DNA of 60,943 bases, counting the filler, from Sphacelaria rigidula (Eukaryota), in NCBI GenBank assembly GCA_964200075.2. It is 6 parts of 6 records of this genome, joined end to end, with 100 filler letters (N's around TTAATTAATTAA, not from the genome) between each part and the next. Parts side by side here need not be neighbours in the genome. Positions count along the whole stretch, not along the records: positions 40,697 to 50,770 come from CAXNAA020007203.1; positions 50,871 to 60,943 come from CAXNAA020007204.1; 4 more parts are not named here. One strand, 5' to 3'. Positions 48,201 to 59,731 of the stretch are shown here, piece by piece; positions within the stretch are counted from its first letter, which is position 1, and the number at the start of each line of letters is the position of its first letter. Position numbers and translations under genes: made by a program. The notes beneath the pieces were generated by a model. It worked only from the letters and a program-made list of their open reading frames with translations, did not search any database and was not told where the DNA came from.

Positions 48201-49824
48201 CACTCTTTCGTTCGTTCGTTCGTTCGTTCTTTGTCCTTCCCCTTCCTCCAGCTTCCTCGCCTGAATTCCCATGTCTCTACCTTGGGTATATCTGTTTTGT
48301 GACATGCGCTGGATATTTAGCGAGTCACATGATGTGCAACAGCCGATCAATCATTCAATGCATGCCTGAGAGTCCACTTTCCGATGTCTAGTATGTAGCT
48401 GTTCCTGAACTCGGTGTCTCGGACGTCGACGTACTGAATGCCAACTGACACTACCACCAGTCAACTTTTATTGGAAAACATCTGAGTGCCTGTCTACGCA
48501 CACTCATACATGATCTGTTTATATGCCTTCTCGAGTATGTATAGGGTGCTATTATAGTCTTGAAAAGGTGTACTTCCGTGTTGATCGCCCCGAGGAAGTA
48601 CAATTTTGGACTAGAAGCCCCAAATTCAAACAAAGCGCCACAAACATCGTTTTTGCTTGGAATTCTGCAGGCATCTCGAAAATGTGTCGCACGCGTACCC
48701 CGAAAATAGAAACAGGTATTGGCACCTTGTACGGCCACGCGTAAAATAGCGTACGTCGACCGAAAACTTGTTAGGCCAGATTGAACGGTATATATCATGT
48801 AGCCAGTCTTTTTCTAGACTTGCTTATCCATCTTTCCTTAGCAGATGCGAACTGCCCACATCACCGTGTGTTGACTGACTGCGCGTGCGCCGCCCGAACC
48901 TCCACCAACAGCAACCGTGGCACCCGCAAAATCTCTTCTTTACCGGCTTCGTTGCCTCTGATTGAGGACATCGGCAAACGTGTCGTGTGTCTTTTCGGAA
49001 ATGAATTTCTCGAGTTTACCCGCTCACAGCTCCAACCGACTATTCGGCGTTTTCGGAAGAAGGAGGTGGCGGTTTTGCGTTTCGTTTCGCGGCCCTTCAC
49101 CCGATGAACGCGTAGGTCGGAAGCATGTACAGTCTTCTTGGGTCAAGCACATCATGGCACCGCCCTACACCTCTCTGCCTGCTCGCAAGGGAGAGCGCAC
49201 GTGTTACTGTAGTCGGGATCGCGTTGCTCGTGTCAACTTACCGTCCTCGCTTTTTGGAATCATTCAGATATATAACGTCTGAGACAATGGCCTGGTCTGC
49301 CGCGAAGCACTTCGAATTCAAGTCGAACAGTACCACGCCGAAGATGAGAACAATAGGTGGGATGAAACGCATCCTTGCCCGAGTGCCCAGCGTGGTTTCC
49401 GGGTCGAATATGGCAGAACATTCTCCGCAAATCTCGGGAGTCCTTCAGTAAAGTCCCAGCCAATCCTCAATTTGCATCTCCGGCTTTGCCCGGCATGAAC
49501 TCCCACCCACGAGGCGTTGTACGATTTGCTCACGCCTCTAAAAACAAGGACAAAACAGAATGGGCAGGGACTATGTTGTACAAACAGGCCGTCCGAACTT
49601 GACCTCCAGGGACAGTGCCTAAAATTCTGTTTATTACGTGACACCGGGCCTGCTGTCCGGCACTAGGTGGAATATGCCGCCACGGGGAACCCAACGGACT
49701 TCACCTACTGGGAGAAGCACCTGGATATCGACGGGTACACTAAGCAGGGGAGCGGCGAGTTCACGGTGGAGACGTACTGCGAGCAAGGACTAATGGATCG
49801 CCAAGGATCACAACAGTTGAATCG
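42271..49824 (+). CDS. Partial SGNH-hydrolase / PC-esterase-like gene; exons 42271-42442, 44169-44371, 46494-46565, 47341-47464, 49667-49824
   Basis: Exons splice in frame; motifs VVMSGDSTMKHQW..MC.FL (GDS), DVFYFGSGLH, IIFMTTH; the DxxH exon lies outside the block. Confidence 0.75.
43020..44140 (+). mobile_element. Highly degenerate Ty1/copia RT-RNase H relic in an intron
   Basis: Ordered traces PVTLEEAR, LMHVDNFL (YVDD-like), GLNL..HIDS..YA (RNase H start), KSTH..HH..EMV, ATFLT. Confidence 0.4.
46295..46352 (+). repeat. (TGT/TGC)n trinucleotide microsatellite
   Basis: Direct reading; intronic. Confidence 0.9.
47689..47894. mobile_element. hAT-type MITE, copy 2 (opposite orientation)
   Basis: TIRs CAAGGG(C/T)AGGTCGAGTA; TSD GAATCTTC/TAATCTTC. 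Confidence 0.9.
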
Positions 49825-50195
49825 GTGTGTCCTGAAAACATTGAGGAAAATCGTCTGATGCTTTACAACGCCAGCTTCCTGCCTTTGGCAGAGTTCGCAA
49901 AGTCCCCTCCCTCCTCCCCCAAATTAGTGGATGCAGTATGTGGACCATTCCAAAGCTGTGCAAAAACACGAAACCCCGTAGAGCGCGTACCATCCTCTCG
50001 TAGTCCTCAATATCTTTTACTCAGTTTGTATTGCTGCGGAGAGTTTGGTTTTTAGTGCAGGGGAATCGAAAAAACACGTCTGCGTTGGCATATACATGAA
50101 CTGACCACAAAAGGATTGCTACTTCGCGCGCAAGGGGTTAGAATCTTGCTGACGGCAACACCCCTCCAGTCCCCCCCCCCCCCCCCCCAACAGCC

Positions 50196-50280
50196 TTGTC
50201 CGGCGAGAACCCGGCGTGCTCCGTCCCGGCTTTGTAGGGATGCGAGGTCAATGACTATGGCATGCGTGATCATGAGTGCA
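50196..50280 (+). mobile_element. Poly-C-adjacent retroposon 3' end, variant B, with degenerate TSD
   Basis: Left flank C18-AACAGCC, right flank CCTCCCCCCCTCCCAATACC. Confidence 0.75.
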
Positions 50281-50513
50281 CCTCCCCCCCTCCCAATACC
50301 ATGTGTGAACATTTTTTTGTTGACAAGCAAGAGAGCCTGTCGCACTGCCGATGAAATGGGTATACGGGCAAACCCCTATGGTATATCACCAAACGGTTAC
50401 GTATAATATTTTTCGTGAGCGGTGTGGTTTTCGAGGAAGCCTGGTGTCGAAAATGCTAAATGACGCATGAATCCCTTCGCCTTCCCTCCCACCCCACCCA
50501 CTCCCGAGCTTGA

Positions 50514-50631
50514 CCCTTTTGGAACACATTGACGATATGGGTTGTTGTGAATCGGCATGATTTTGACTTGAAAATGACTGGAAATTAAGCCGATTCACAG
50601 GAACAAAAATCGCCAATAGGTTCCACAAGGG
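50514..50631. mobile_element. piggyBac-type MITE, copy 2
   Basis: TTGA|CCCTTTTGGAAC...GTTCCACAAGGG|TTAA. Confidence 0.7.
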
Positions 50632-50770
50632 TTAACGGGTTTCGCGCCTTTGAGCGTTGTTTGGCTCCTTCACGGTCAAATTGTTTTTTACGGAGACTTG
50701 ACTGATCTCAAGGTGTACGAGCTGGGCCAGCCTAGAGGCGGATTTGAAGTTTGCAGGCCCATGCTCTTTT

Positions 50771-50870
50771 NNNNNNNNNNNNNNNNNNNNNNNNNNNNNN
50801 NNNNNNNNNNNNNNTTAATTAATTAANNNNNNNNNNNNNNNNNNNNNNNNNNNNNNNNNNNNNNNNNNNN
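50771..50870. other. Artificial spacer N44-TTAATTAATTAA-N44
   Basis: Identical to the other spacers. Confidence 0.98.
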
Positions 50871-51047
50871 CCCGCGCCGCGTCAACTCACGTGACACACA
50901 CCCAGTCGACTACTTTGTTTACTCACGTTCTCACGCTTTCCACGGTAGAAAGCATACATGAAGAAGGAAAAACCCAACGCGTCGGGAATCGAACCCCCGT
51001 TCTCTTCATCCTAATCACGACAGTCGGACCGTTACACCACCGGGGCG
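50871..51047 (-). mobile_element. tRNA-derived SINE, family 2
   Basis: Minus strand GCCCCGGTGGTGTAACGG (A box)...GGTTCGATTCC (B box); no full cloverleaf. Confidence 0.55.
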
Positions 51048-51974
51048 TAGCATTGTTCCCGCTCCACTTTCTCCGACTCTACCATCAAACATGCATGCAA
51101 ACATTTGCTGTGCTATTTCTTGCACAGGCACCGTTTGACACGATTCTTTTTCAGATAAACTGTATACATTATGGACTATCCTCTACGCCTCGCCAAGCGT
51201 GCGGTCAACCTCCATGGCCGGCGCCTGGAGGCGTACCATTGCGGTCGCCACGCAGCAATGCAAATCAGCACGCTCCATACCATATCACTCCGGAAACAGG
51301 CACCTTTGCAGTCAGATCTCGGCACCGACAGTCCTGCCTTGAATGAAGCTTTCCAGCGATGCCGCTTAGTTGTTGGACTCCTACCCCTCCGCCGGGGGCG
51401 CAACCACCACGCCAAGTGTGCGTGTTCTGCGTCTGATTTGAGCTTAATTATTGCACCATGACTTTTGTACGCGACCAGTCACACTAATAACTGTTTTTTC
51501 TCCTTCAGACGCAAGGCTGAGATAGAGGTAGTTGTTCTGTTGTTCTCAACTCACGATAAAGAGATACCTGGCATTTCTCAAACCCGTTTCTATTACAAAA
51601 TTGCTACAGTACCAGCTGCGCCAGCCTAGAGGCGGATTTGTAGTTTGCAGGCCCGTTCATCGGCCAACACTTGGAGTTGGATCCTGGAATTTGGCATGGA
51701 CAGTGAGTAGGGGAAAAAAAAACGCGTGGACCCAGAGAGTTTCTGTTTTTCCATGAGATTTAGGCTACTTCGTATGTGAAAAAAACACGTGGTCAGAAAA
51801 GGCGTTTTTCAACAGCGCGATTTTCACATAATTTTTCGAAGTAGCCCTTCTTACGTGATTGACGCACTATCAATATTGAAAACGCAGCGTTCATCGTTTT
51901 CTATGAGGTGTGCTGGCATAATTTCAAAACTCCGGGGCGCGCGAGAGAGACGCAGCACTCTGCTGTTGTGTCAT

Positions 51975-52415
51975 TGTAATGAGGTTACGGTGCTGTTATG
52001 GCAAGCACAGGCTCACTAGGCAAGACAAGGGAGTCAGTCCTGGGACTGAACAGCTAAGCCCGACAACAAGGTACAGTCTCACACAAGACGTGCCCAAGAA
52101 TACCAATATCTCACGCGTAGGTTATATACTCTTTTTTATTGTCTGGTCGTATCCACTCAATCAATCCAATCTCACGCTCAGTATACCAGCCTCGCCGGTC
52201 TTAGACGTCTTGCTGAGAGAGGTGACAGGAGGGTGGGACTACGTTCGTGCGAGGACAAACGAAACCGACATCATCTCTGCAATATACAAGTTCACACTCG
52301 TAACTGACCAACTCTGAACAGACCTGCAGTCTTAGGTATTAAAATACCAGAAATGCAAATAGTCAGACTCGTCAACGGGTCTGATGCCAACAGGCTAATA
52401 TGCGTCTTCATGACA
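51975..52415 (-). repeat. 3' LTR of family A (441 bp)
   Basis: TGTCATGA...CATTACA on the minus strand, preceded by purine-rich GGGTGGGTTAGCAG. Confidence 0.88.
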
Positions 52416-53079
52416 CTGCTAACCCACCCAGACGAACCTTTATTACAGTGCGAGGATTTATCCTACGAGCAGCGAAAGCTAAGGTCTTCTTTACTCGTAA
52501 AGTCATGAGCGGCTAGTAAAGCATACCTAAGGAAACGCTCCGGTACTCAACACGTTTATCCTCAAAGCATTGGATGAAAACACTCCCGTACCCAACACTC
52601 CCGTACCAACTCCCACACCTCAAAAAAAGGAAAGCATGTACTGCTTCGAGGAGCAGAAACATTCCTTCGCAACTCGAAAGCACAAACTGCTTCTGCGTGC
52701 TAGCGATCAACGAAGAAGCGAAAATTGCTTCGGCGTCCTAGCAAAACGAAGGGGGAAAACAGGGAGATACAACAGGGAGCAGAGCTTCAACCTGGGGGAA
52801 TCCAAAGAAAAAAAACGTCAACATCAGTATCCGACCACGCATGTTGGTCGGAAGCAAAATATGAAAATAAGTGATCTAACGAGATCGAGCGCCAGCCGGA
52901 AGGGGATGCTGTAGCTCCAGCAGTTGTAGATGGTGGGTGTCTTCAGTAATTTTTCGATCGCCGTCCGATGTAGGCCTTGTTGTGGATGTCGTAGAAGAGG
53001 GTCCTAGTGAAAAAGGGAGGGCAAACAATGCTACAAAAGGGGGGCAACAGTTGCAGCGAAGAAACGTGGTTCAAAGCGG

Positions 53080-54650
53080 GGCGTGGACGTTGTGGGTGTA
53101 GTCAATTTTGCGCTGGAGACCGCGGCGAAATCCTTTGGACTTGAGGCGCTGGAGGCACCAAGATCCGCGTGGTGCAGATGGGCTGGTAGTGTATAGTGCT
53201 GGCCAGAGCTTGAGCTATATGAGTCCAGGGTCATCGATGAAGCGCACGATGTATGTGTCGGCAGAAACCGGGTTAGCGGAGTGGGTCTGACCCAACCACC
53301 AGAGGTTGTCGCTGCCTTTGAACCAAAGGTAGCTGCCCTTGGGCAGTTTTCGCTGGTTTGCGAAGAACTTCATCTTACAAGTCTTAGTGAGTACAAGTTC
53401 GAAACCATCGGTGACGAAGCGTGGTCCCTGATCGCGGTGAAGTTCACGGGCTGCTGCGCCACGACGAATGTTGCGATATTTCTTGGCGTGAGCAAGATGC
53501 TGATGTTGGGATTGCGTCCAGTACAGGAAGATTGCACGGTGGTGCAATTAAAGGTCGGATTCGCGTTCCCAAGACGCTCTCCGGAGACCGTGCCAGTGGG
53601 TCTTCTACATAACAGCCACCTCGACCACGGTTTATCTGGTAGCCGGAGATGGTGGACACGGTCAATCGGAGGGGCTGTTCCGTCACGTCGTCAGTGGTAA
53701 CGTGGTAGGGCGGGGACTTGGTCGAGTAGCTGTTGAGAACATACTGTGCGAGTCCGGCAGGCAGGTACTTGGGCATGACTAATGCCGAGATAGCCCCCCC
53801 ACAAAAAGTGCACCGGCACCATCCAACGAACCGGCTGCGACCCCACTTTTGGGCTCGTTTGCAGCAATTTTGCCCGCATGAGAGGAGAGTAGCAGTCCGA
53901 AATCAGCTATAACGCTCAAATCAGTCGCGTCGTGCAGAACGAAACCAGCTTTAACGGCAGTTACGATCATCGCCTCCGTGCACGTTTTTGGTCGGCTCAG
54001 GGGGGGGGCTATCTCGGCAGCAGTCGCATGTCGCTTGTATCATGCGGGTTCGTGCATGGTTTGCATCTATGCACAGAGACACGGGGTTTGGTGTCCTTGC
54101 CCTGGAAGTCGCGAGGCAAGTCGACATAGAGCAGTTTGTCAGCAACGGGTTTATCAAACGGGGATGATGGCGATGGTCCGACTGTCAGGATCTTGAATGG
54201 TCCTGTCCAATTGAGGGACAACGTTGTCTTCAAAATTGTTTCGTTAGCTGCCTTGCTGGTGCCTTGGCGGATGGTCGACAAACTGTTGTAAATCCAAACC
54301 CAATCACCAACTTTCCAGTTGGGGTGTTTGTGCATGAGGTTGTAGAGAGCAGTGTTAGATCTCGTCAGGCGTGAGGCGTTGATAGCGGGTTGCTCGCGCA
54401 CGAGGGTTAACGCTCTGCGTTGTCGTGAATGCGCTAGCTCGTGATAGGATATGTGATCCTGATCCAATCATTGGTGGCCATCGAACGTGTGTCGCTCAAA
54501 CACGGTGATGGGCAGCCGAGGTTAACGTCCAAGATGGAGTGCGTTCGGAGAAAGGCCTGTGGCAGCGTTAACCGAGTTGCTGTAGGACAACATGATGTGC
54601 GAGAGATGTAGGTCTCAGTTTTCGTTTCTTCCATGATACTTGATAGAGCC
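53080..54650 (-). pseudogene. Integrase C-terminal part with GPF motif, chromo-like and PWWP/Tudor-like domains
   Basis: DLHLSHIMLSYSNSVNAATGLSPN..LGR.PRLP; WTGPFKI; ISGYQ..RGRGG...THWHGLRRASWERESDL; LPKGSYLWFKGSDNLWWLG...YIVRFIDDPG; stops and a MITE insertion. Confidence 0.8.
53777..54025. mobile_element. MITE (249 bp) inserted in the integrase
   Basis: TIRs GACT..TGCCGAGATAGCCCC; TSD GCAT; removal restores the peptide TSDMPKYL. Confidence 0.92.
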
Positions 54651-55226
54651 GTCGAGCTCAAAGTCGTCGCATTGGGGAGAGATTGGGGTCGTGGATTTCC
54701 GCTCGAAAGAGGTGTACGTGATGATGCTCGCGCGTCCTCGGGGGCATGCTTACGGGGCTTTCTCTCTCGCCGTGACAATGGTCGGGGAACTTCCAAAGTA
54801 TTTGGGATGATACCACGACTGCGTTCAGTCGGGTGGATGGGGTCATCATCGGGGCATGACGGAACGAAACTTGTAGGCTGTTTTCCGTAGGTAAGCTTGG
54901 GTGGGGAATCATAGCCGAAGGTATGTTGGGGCGGTTGTTATTAGAACCGGCCGAAGGTAGGTCCGTGCGTGTTGAAAATCGCGGGGAAGGAGCTCGATCC
55001 AACTGATTGGGAATTACATGATTCGATGTGGTGACGTTCAAATCAGCAACACTTGGGTCAGCTGAAAACGGCTTGCTACTACCTGTGCGTGCGGTCGCTG
55101 GGGGAAGCCTTTGTCTCAGGGACTGGCGGTTGGTCCTTCCACACCTCAGACTTATACTCGGCACTGAAGGACAAAGTTCAGGACCGGGTGTAGGTCTGAG
55201 TCGCGGGGTGACACAACTGTTACGCG

Positions 55227-55580
55227 GTGTGTGGAGGGATGAAGACGGGGGTCGTTTCGAACGGCCGTCTGCAACGCTCCTGCATAGTGCCGGGGGAGCC
55301 GGGCGGACAATCCCAGTCGCGGGCTCTGCGGGCTGTGTTGAAAAGTGTGTGGAGGTTGGAGACGGGGGTCGTTTCGAACGGCCGTCTGTAGCGCTCCTGC
55401 ATAGTGCCGGGAGAGCCGGGCGAATAATCCTAGCCGCGGGCTCTGCGGACTGTGTTGAAACGTGTGTGGAGGTTAGAGACGGGGGTCGATTTGAACGGCC
55501 GTCTGTAATGCTCCTGGGTAATGCCAGGGGAGTTGGGTGAGCAATCTTAGTCACGGACTCCGCGGGCTGTGTTTAAAAAA
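55227..55580 (-). repeat. 117-bp (39-codon) tandem repeat, about 3 copies
   Basis: GACGGGGGTCG at 55244, 55361, 55478; encodes DGRS(K/N)RPPS... units. Confidence 0.9.
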
Positions 55581-58500
55581 TCTTTGCTAATGCTGCCGGT
55601 GGCGCGGAAGACCGTGGAACGCCGGGATCGGCACATCGTGAAGGTACCAGGGTTTCTGGTGTTGGGGTTGTGGGTCGACCCCGTCCGCTGGTGGCTATCA
55701 GGGGATCGTTTGTGGTCGCGAGAATTATTATCGTTCTGGCGAGGGCTTGCATTATTGTTGTTTTGTCGGCGACCGCGATTAGAGCTTTTGTGGCCACGTT
55801 GATTCGAATTATTACGACAGTTTCGATTCGGTGGGCGATGGTCGCGCATGCGTTTTTGCCATCGGCGCCACGCGGGTTCATTGTACTACAATTCAGGGTT
55901 CATTAAATCAAAGACATTGATGCATGAACTGTCGCAGTCACGCATACTGTGGCCTTGAACACTACAGTTGATGCAACTGTTGACATGGCTGCTGAAGTCA
56001 TTGCGTCTAGCAGGAGACGAAATAAGTGGGTTCCACAAATGGGGATAATCTGTAATGAATACTGTTGTTGAAGTCAAATAAACATCATCCCAAGTTTCCT
56101 CGGGAAACGGCCAACCATCGAAACACGCACTGAATGCATCTCTGTTACTTCAAACATGCATAAGTGAACCGGCTACCGAGTCGGGGGTCCATGAAGCGCG
56201 AGATGAACTCGAATTCCTGCCGCGAGACCCTTTGTCATGAGCGAAGGACACAACCGTAGGTTGTGAACGTAGAGGTGTAGAAGGTCTGCCACGTATGGCG
56301 GGCGTTAGATTACCCTCTTGGTGTACAAAAGCAGACCACATAGCATCAACAGAGGCGTGAGGCACCTCGCGATGCGCCATGGCGTCCATAATAACGACGG
56401 CATCAGAGCCGGATATTGTTCAGCAACGCTATTGCGAACGTCAGTCTGACATATTGCGTCGCTCGATCCGTTCTGGCGTCCGACACCCGTAGTCCCGGAG
56501 ACTCAAAGCTTATGGTCGCGGAGGTAATCCGCGAAAGGGACATCCGATGGATGATGGATCTATGCGATACTTTATGCAAAGGGGTCTGCCAGCCATGTAC
56601 CCAATCGGGATCTTCGAAACGTTGAACGCCAGTTGCATCCACAAAGTGAAGGATGTTGCGAACAGTACGGCGAGTGGATGTGATGAGGGCAACAGTAAAC
56701 TGTCCCGAATCTTCGTTATCCGCAGCAGGCATGTTTTCGATATGCCAAAGCTTTTTTACATCCATCTGGATGTACTCTCTCTGTATTGAAGCTACTCGGG
56801 GAGACTCGACTCTATCGGAAGCTATTTTTTTACTAGCTTCGGAACGTTCTTTGTCAGCCGTAGCGGTTGCTAAAGCGCGGGCTGCAGTAGAAGATAATGG
56901 ACGATCTGGTGTGTCCGTATCAGATAAACCTAAAATGCGACCCGAAACATCGGCCAATTCAGGTATCACTTGCCTTGGTGTTGCCAAACCCGAGGGGGGC
57001 AGGTCTGTGCCAGACCGGTTCCAGCCTGTCGCTGAAGATCGAGAGGAATTGCCTCCGTTTTTCCTCCCGGTCGGGCCACGGTTATTGTGGGCCGGGCGTT
57101 TTGATCCGGAACCGCCCGAGGAGGATCCTCCGCCGCCATGGCGGCGGCGTGGGCCTCCTCCACCGTTGTCGTTGTCATCCCGCCGGTGGTTCTTCTTTTT
57201 TTCTCTGCAGTTGGCACTCGTGGGAGTCCAACCATCGTCATCCTGGTCATCGTCGGCAATGGTGGCGTCGGGGTCAGAGGTGTAAGTGGCACGTAGCGCC
57301 GCAAAAAGATCGGGGATAGTTCCCACGTAATGCTGGTGATCAGGGCTGGCGCCGATGGTCATATGAAGAACAAGTTGACCCAGGGTGAGGGACGGCATGC
57401 CTTTGTCAAGAAAGAATCCGCCCTGGTCTACGTAAAGGCCAACAACGTGATGGAGACGTCGCGACACCAATGTCCGAGCCTGGCGGGAGCAGTGTAGGTG
57501 ATTGGTCTTGTGGAACGGGCTGGTAAAGTCGGCCGCGGAATGAGAAAGTCACGTTCGTTCGTGGGCGTGAGTTGCAGACCTGGTCTCCGGCTGGCATTGG
57601 CCGCCGAGCTAGCTGCTCGAAGCGGGGGTGTTGGGGCCGTCTTGGGGACGGCAGCGGCCGCAGCATAGGACGGTTCATCGGACGTACGTGGGATAGTGTA
57701 AGTCGACGTACCGGCCTTGGACTGGGCCTTGTGAGCCGAAGGCTGGTGAGAGGGGCGACCACTGAGCGGGTTGCCCACGGACGGCGGAGAGGCCTGGTGG
57801 TTGGTCACGCGGGCCACTGACGTAGTCGCTTCGTCAGCGGTCCGTCGGACATGGTCCTCGAGATCCCGCACCTGTCTCTGGGCCGCCATGGCAGCAGTGC
57901 GACCTTCCTGCAGGGCGCGTTGAGCAGCGGATTTCTTAGTTTGGGCGTGTGAAGCCTGCCGCTGAGGACCACTTTGCATGTCAGCATGTTCCTCCGCTAG
58001 GAGATGTGCAGCAGCGGCGTCAGTCTCACGTTATTGCTCTAGGATGCCCTTGGTAAGCGCTGGCGCTTGCGAGGCGTAATCCTCGATGAGCATCACCTGT
58101 TCCGCGCGGGGGAGGTTCCTGAACAGCCTCAAGAGGACGCCAGTCGGGCAGTGCTCGTCGCCAAGCGGAGGGAGATCCTCCACAGACGGGGGCGAGGGCA
58201 CGGGGGCATCCGTGACGGGACCAGTGGTTGGGCCACTATCAGCGTCGGTATCAACAGCAGACGGGGCGGCAACGGTTGTGCGAGCCGTGATCGTAGTCGT
58301 TGTGGCGGGAGGCGCAGCGACCATGGCAGCAGCAGCGACAGCGGCAGTGGTGGCGGCAGCTGCAGCGGCGGTAACTCGTTTGTTCTCCATAGTGGTCTTG
58401 GCGGCAGCGGCCGTGGTTACTTCCTTGTTTTCAATTCTTGACTTGGTCAATTCTCGCTCGAGATCTGTAAGTCGTTGTCGGAGGGAGCGAATAGTCGCAG

Positions 58501-58956
58501 CATCAGAGCGGGACGGGGGGTCGCGGTCATTGCGGGGTCGTCGGTTGTGCGATGGATTACAGCTGGATCTCTCAGTTGAGGATTCAAGAGTCGATGACAT
58601 GCCCAAAAATACAATCTGGATGTCGGCAGCATGTACAGTATTATCATTGCGTAAATGACGGCGGCGTGATCGAGGCGAAGCAGGAGGGGTGCGCGCGGTT
58701 GCATGATCTGTATTCTTCGAGCGCGAGTGAAGGCGCGAGGAATTCGATCTGTGCCGCGAATTATCCTCGTGAGTACGGTCACGATCGGCATTCATTGGAC
58801 GCTTCGGAGCGCGCGATGGATTGGAACTGTGCCGTCAACTACCTTTATATGTGCGAACATGAGCGATATTCTTCGGGCGTGTGAAAGCGCACGATGAATT
58901 CAAGCTGTGCTGGGAGTCGTCCTCGCAACTACCAGCACGGGTGACGTGGTCGTGAC

Positions 58957-59204
58957 GACTGCTGTCGAGATAGCCCCTCCCCGAACCGGCCGAAAACGTG
59001 CACGGAGGCTATGATCATAACTGACGTTAGAGCTGGTTTCGCGCTGCACGACGCGACTCATTTGAGCATATTGACTGATTTCGGACTGCTACACGCCTCT
59101 CATGTGGGCGAAATCGCTGCAAACCAACCCGATAGTAAGATCGCAGCCGGTTTCTTGGACGGTCCCTTGTGCACTTTCGTGGTGGGGCTATCTCGGCATC
59201 AATC
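58957..59204. mobile_element. MITE (248 bp), same family as 53777-54025, opposite orientation
   Basis: TSD TGAC; the empty site is present in the other copy at ~8745-8770. Confidence 0.92.
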
Positions 59205-59731
59205 TGACCAACTGTCGGTGTGCGGCGCCGTCTAGGAGCGCGAGAAAGACTTTGGTTCGAAGTGGAGGAGGGGCTGGACTCGTGTTCGTTGAATTTTTCG
59301 TGAGAGACGACCGGAGAACGCGGTGTCGCCGATCGGGGCACCAAACGTACGCGTTTGGTCGCGGCAAGTGCAGAGTAATCGTTGAATTGCACGTGAGCAG
59401 AAGTCGATTGGTCTTGAAGCGCGGTCTGGCAAAAAGCCGTAAAAGCCTCGATTAGAGCTGGGACTGGCGTGTGCGCCGACGCCGAAGAAGGGCGATGCGA
59501 ATTCTGCAGGGCAGAATGCATGGCCGCGACTGCTGGTCCGAAATTGGACTGCGTAGCAGGGCGCATTGGACTGCCGAGACTCGTGCGATTAGGGTCCGTA
59601 ACGGAAGCAACCCGCGTGACAAAATCTCTTGCTCCAGAAGCGATACGCTTCGTCGGGACTGAGTCGTCTCGAGAGTATTATTGAGAGCAATATTTGCGTT
59701 GGCTCCAATACAAAGTATTGGTATCATATTG

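Larger units (their letters stand above)
51975..59672 (-). mobile_element. Ty3/gypsy family A, 5'-truncated copy with internal deletion (gag, integrase tail, 3' LTR)
   Basis: LTR plus PPT, GPF-type integrase tail, CCHC knuckle, homology to 8285-9990. Confidence 0.9.
54660..59672 (-). pseudogene. Long Gag-like region with CCHC zinc knuckle
   Basis: CINCSVQGHSMRDC (C-X2-C-X4-H-X4-C) at 55934-55975; chain of frameshifted ORFs. Confidence 0.75.

Noticed and set aside
5523-59672. Giant inverted repeat or single composite element formed by the two family A copies
   Set aside because: They lie in different artificially joined blocks and their LTRs are clearly diverged; they are independent insertions.
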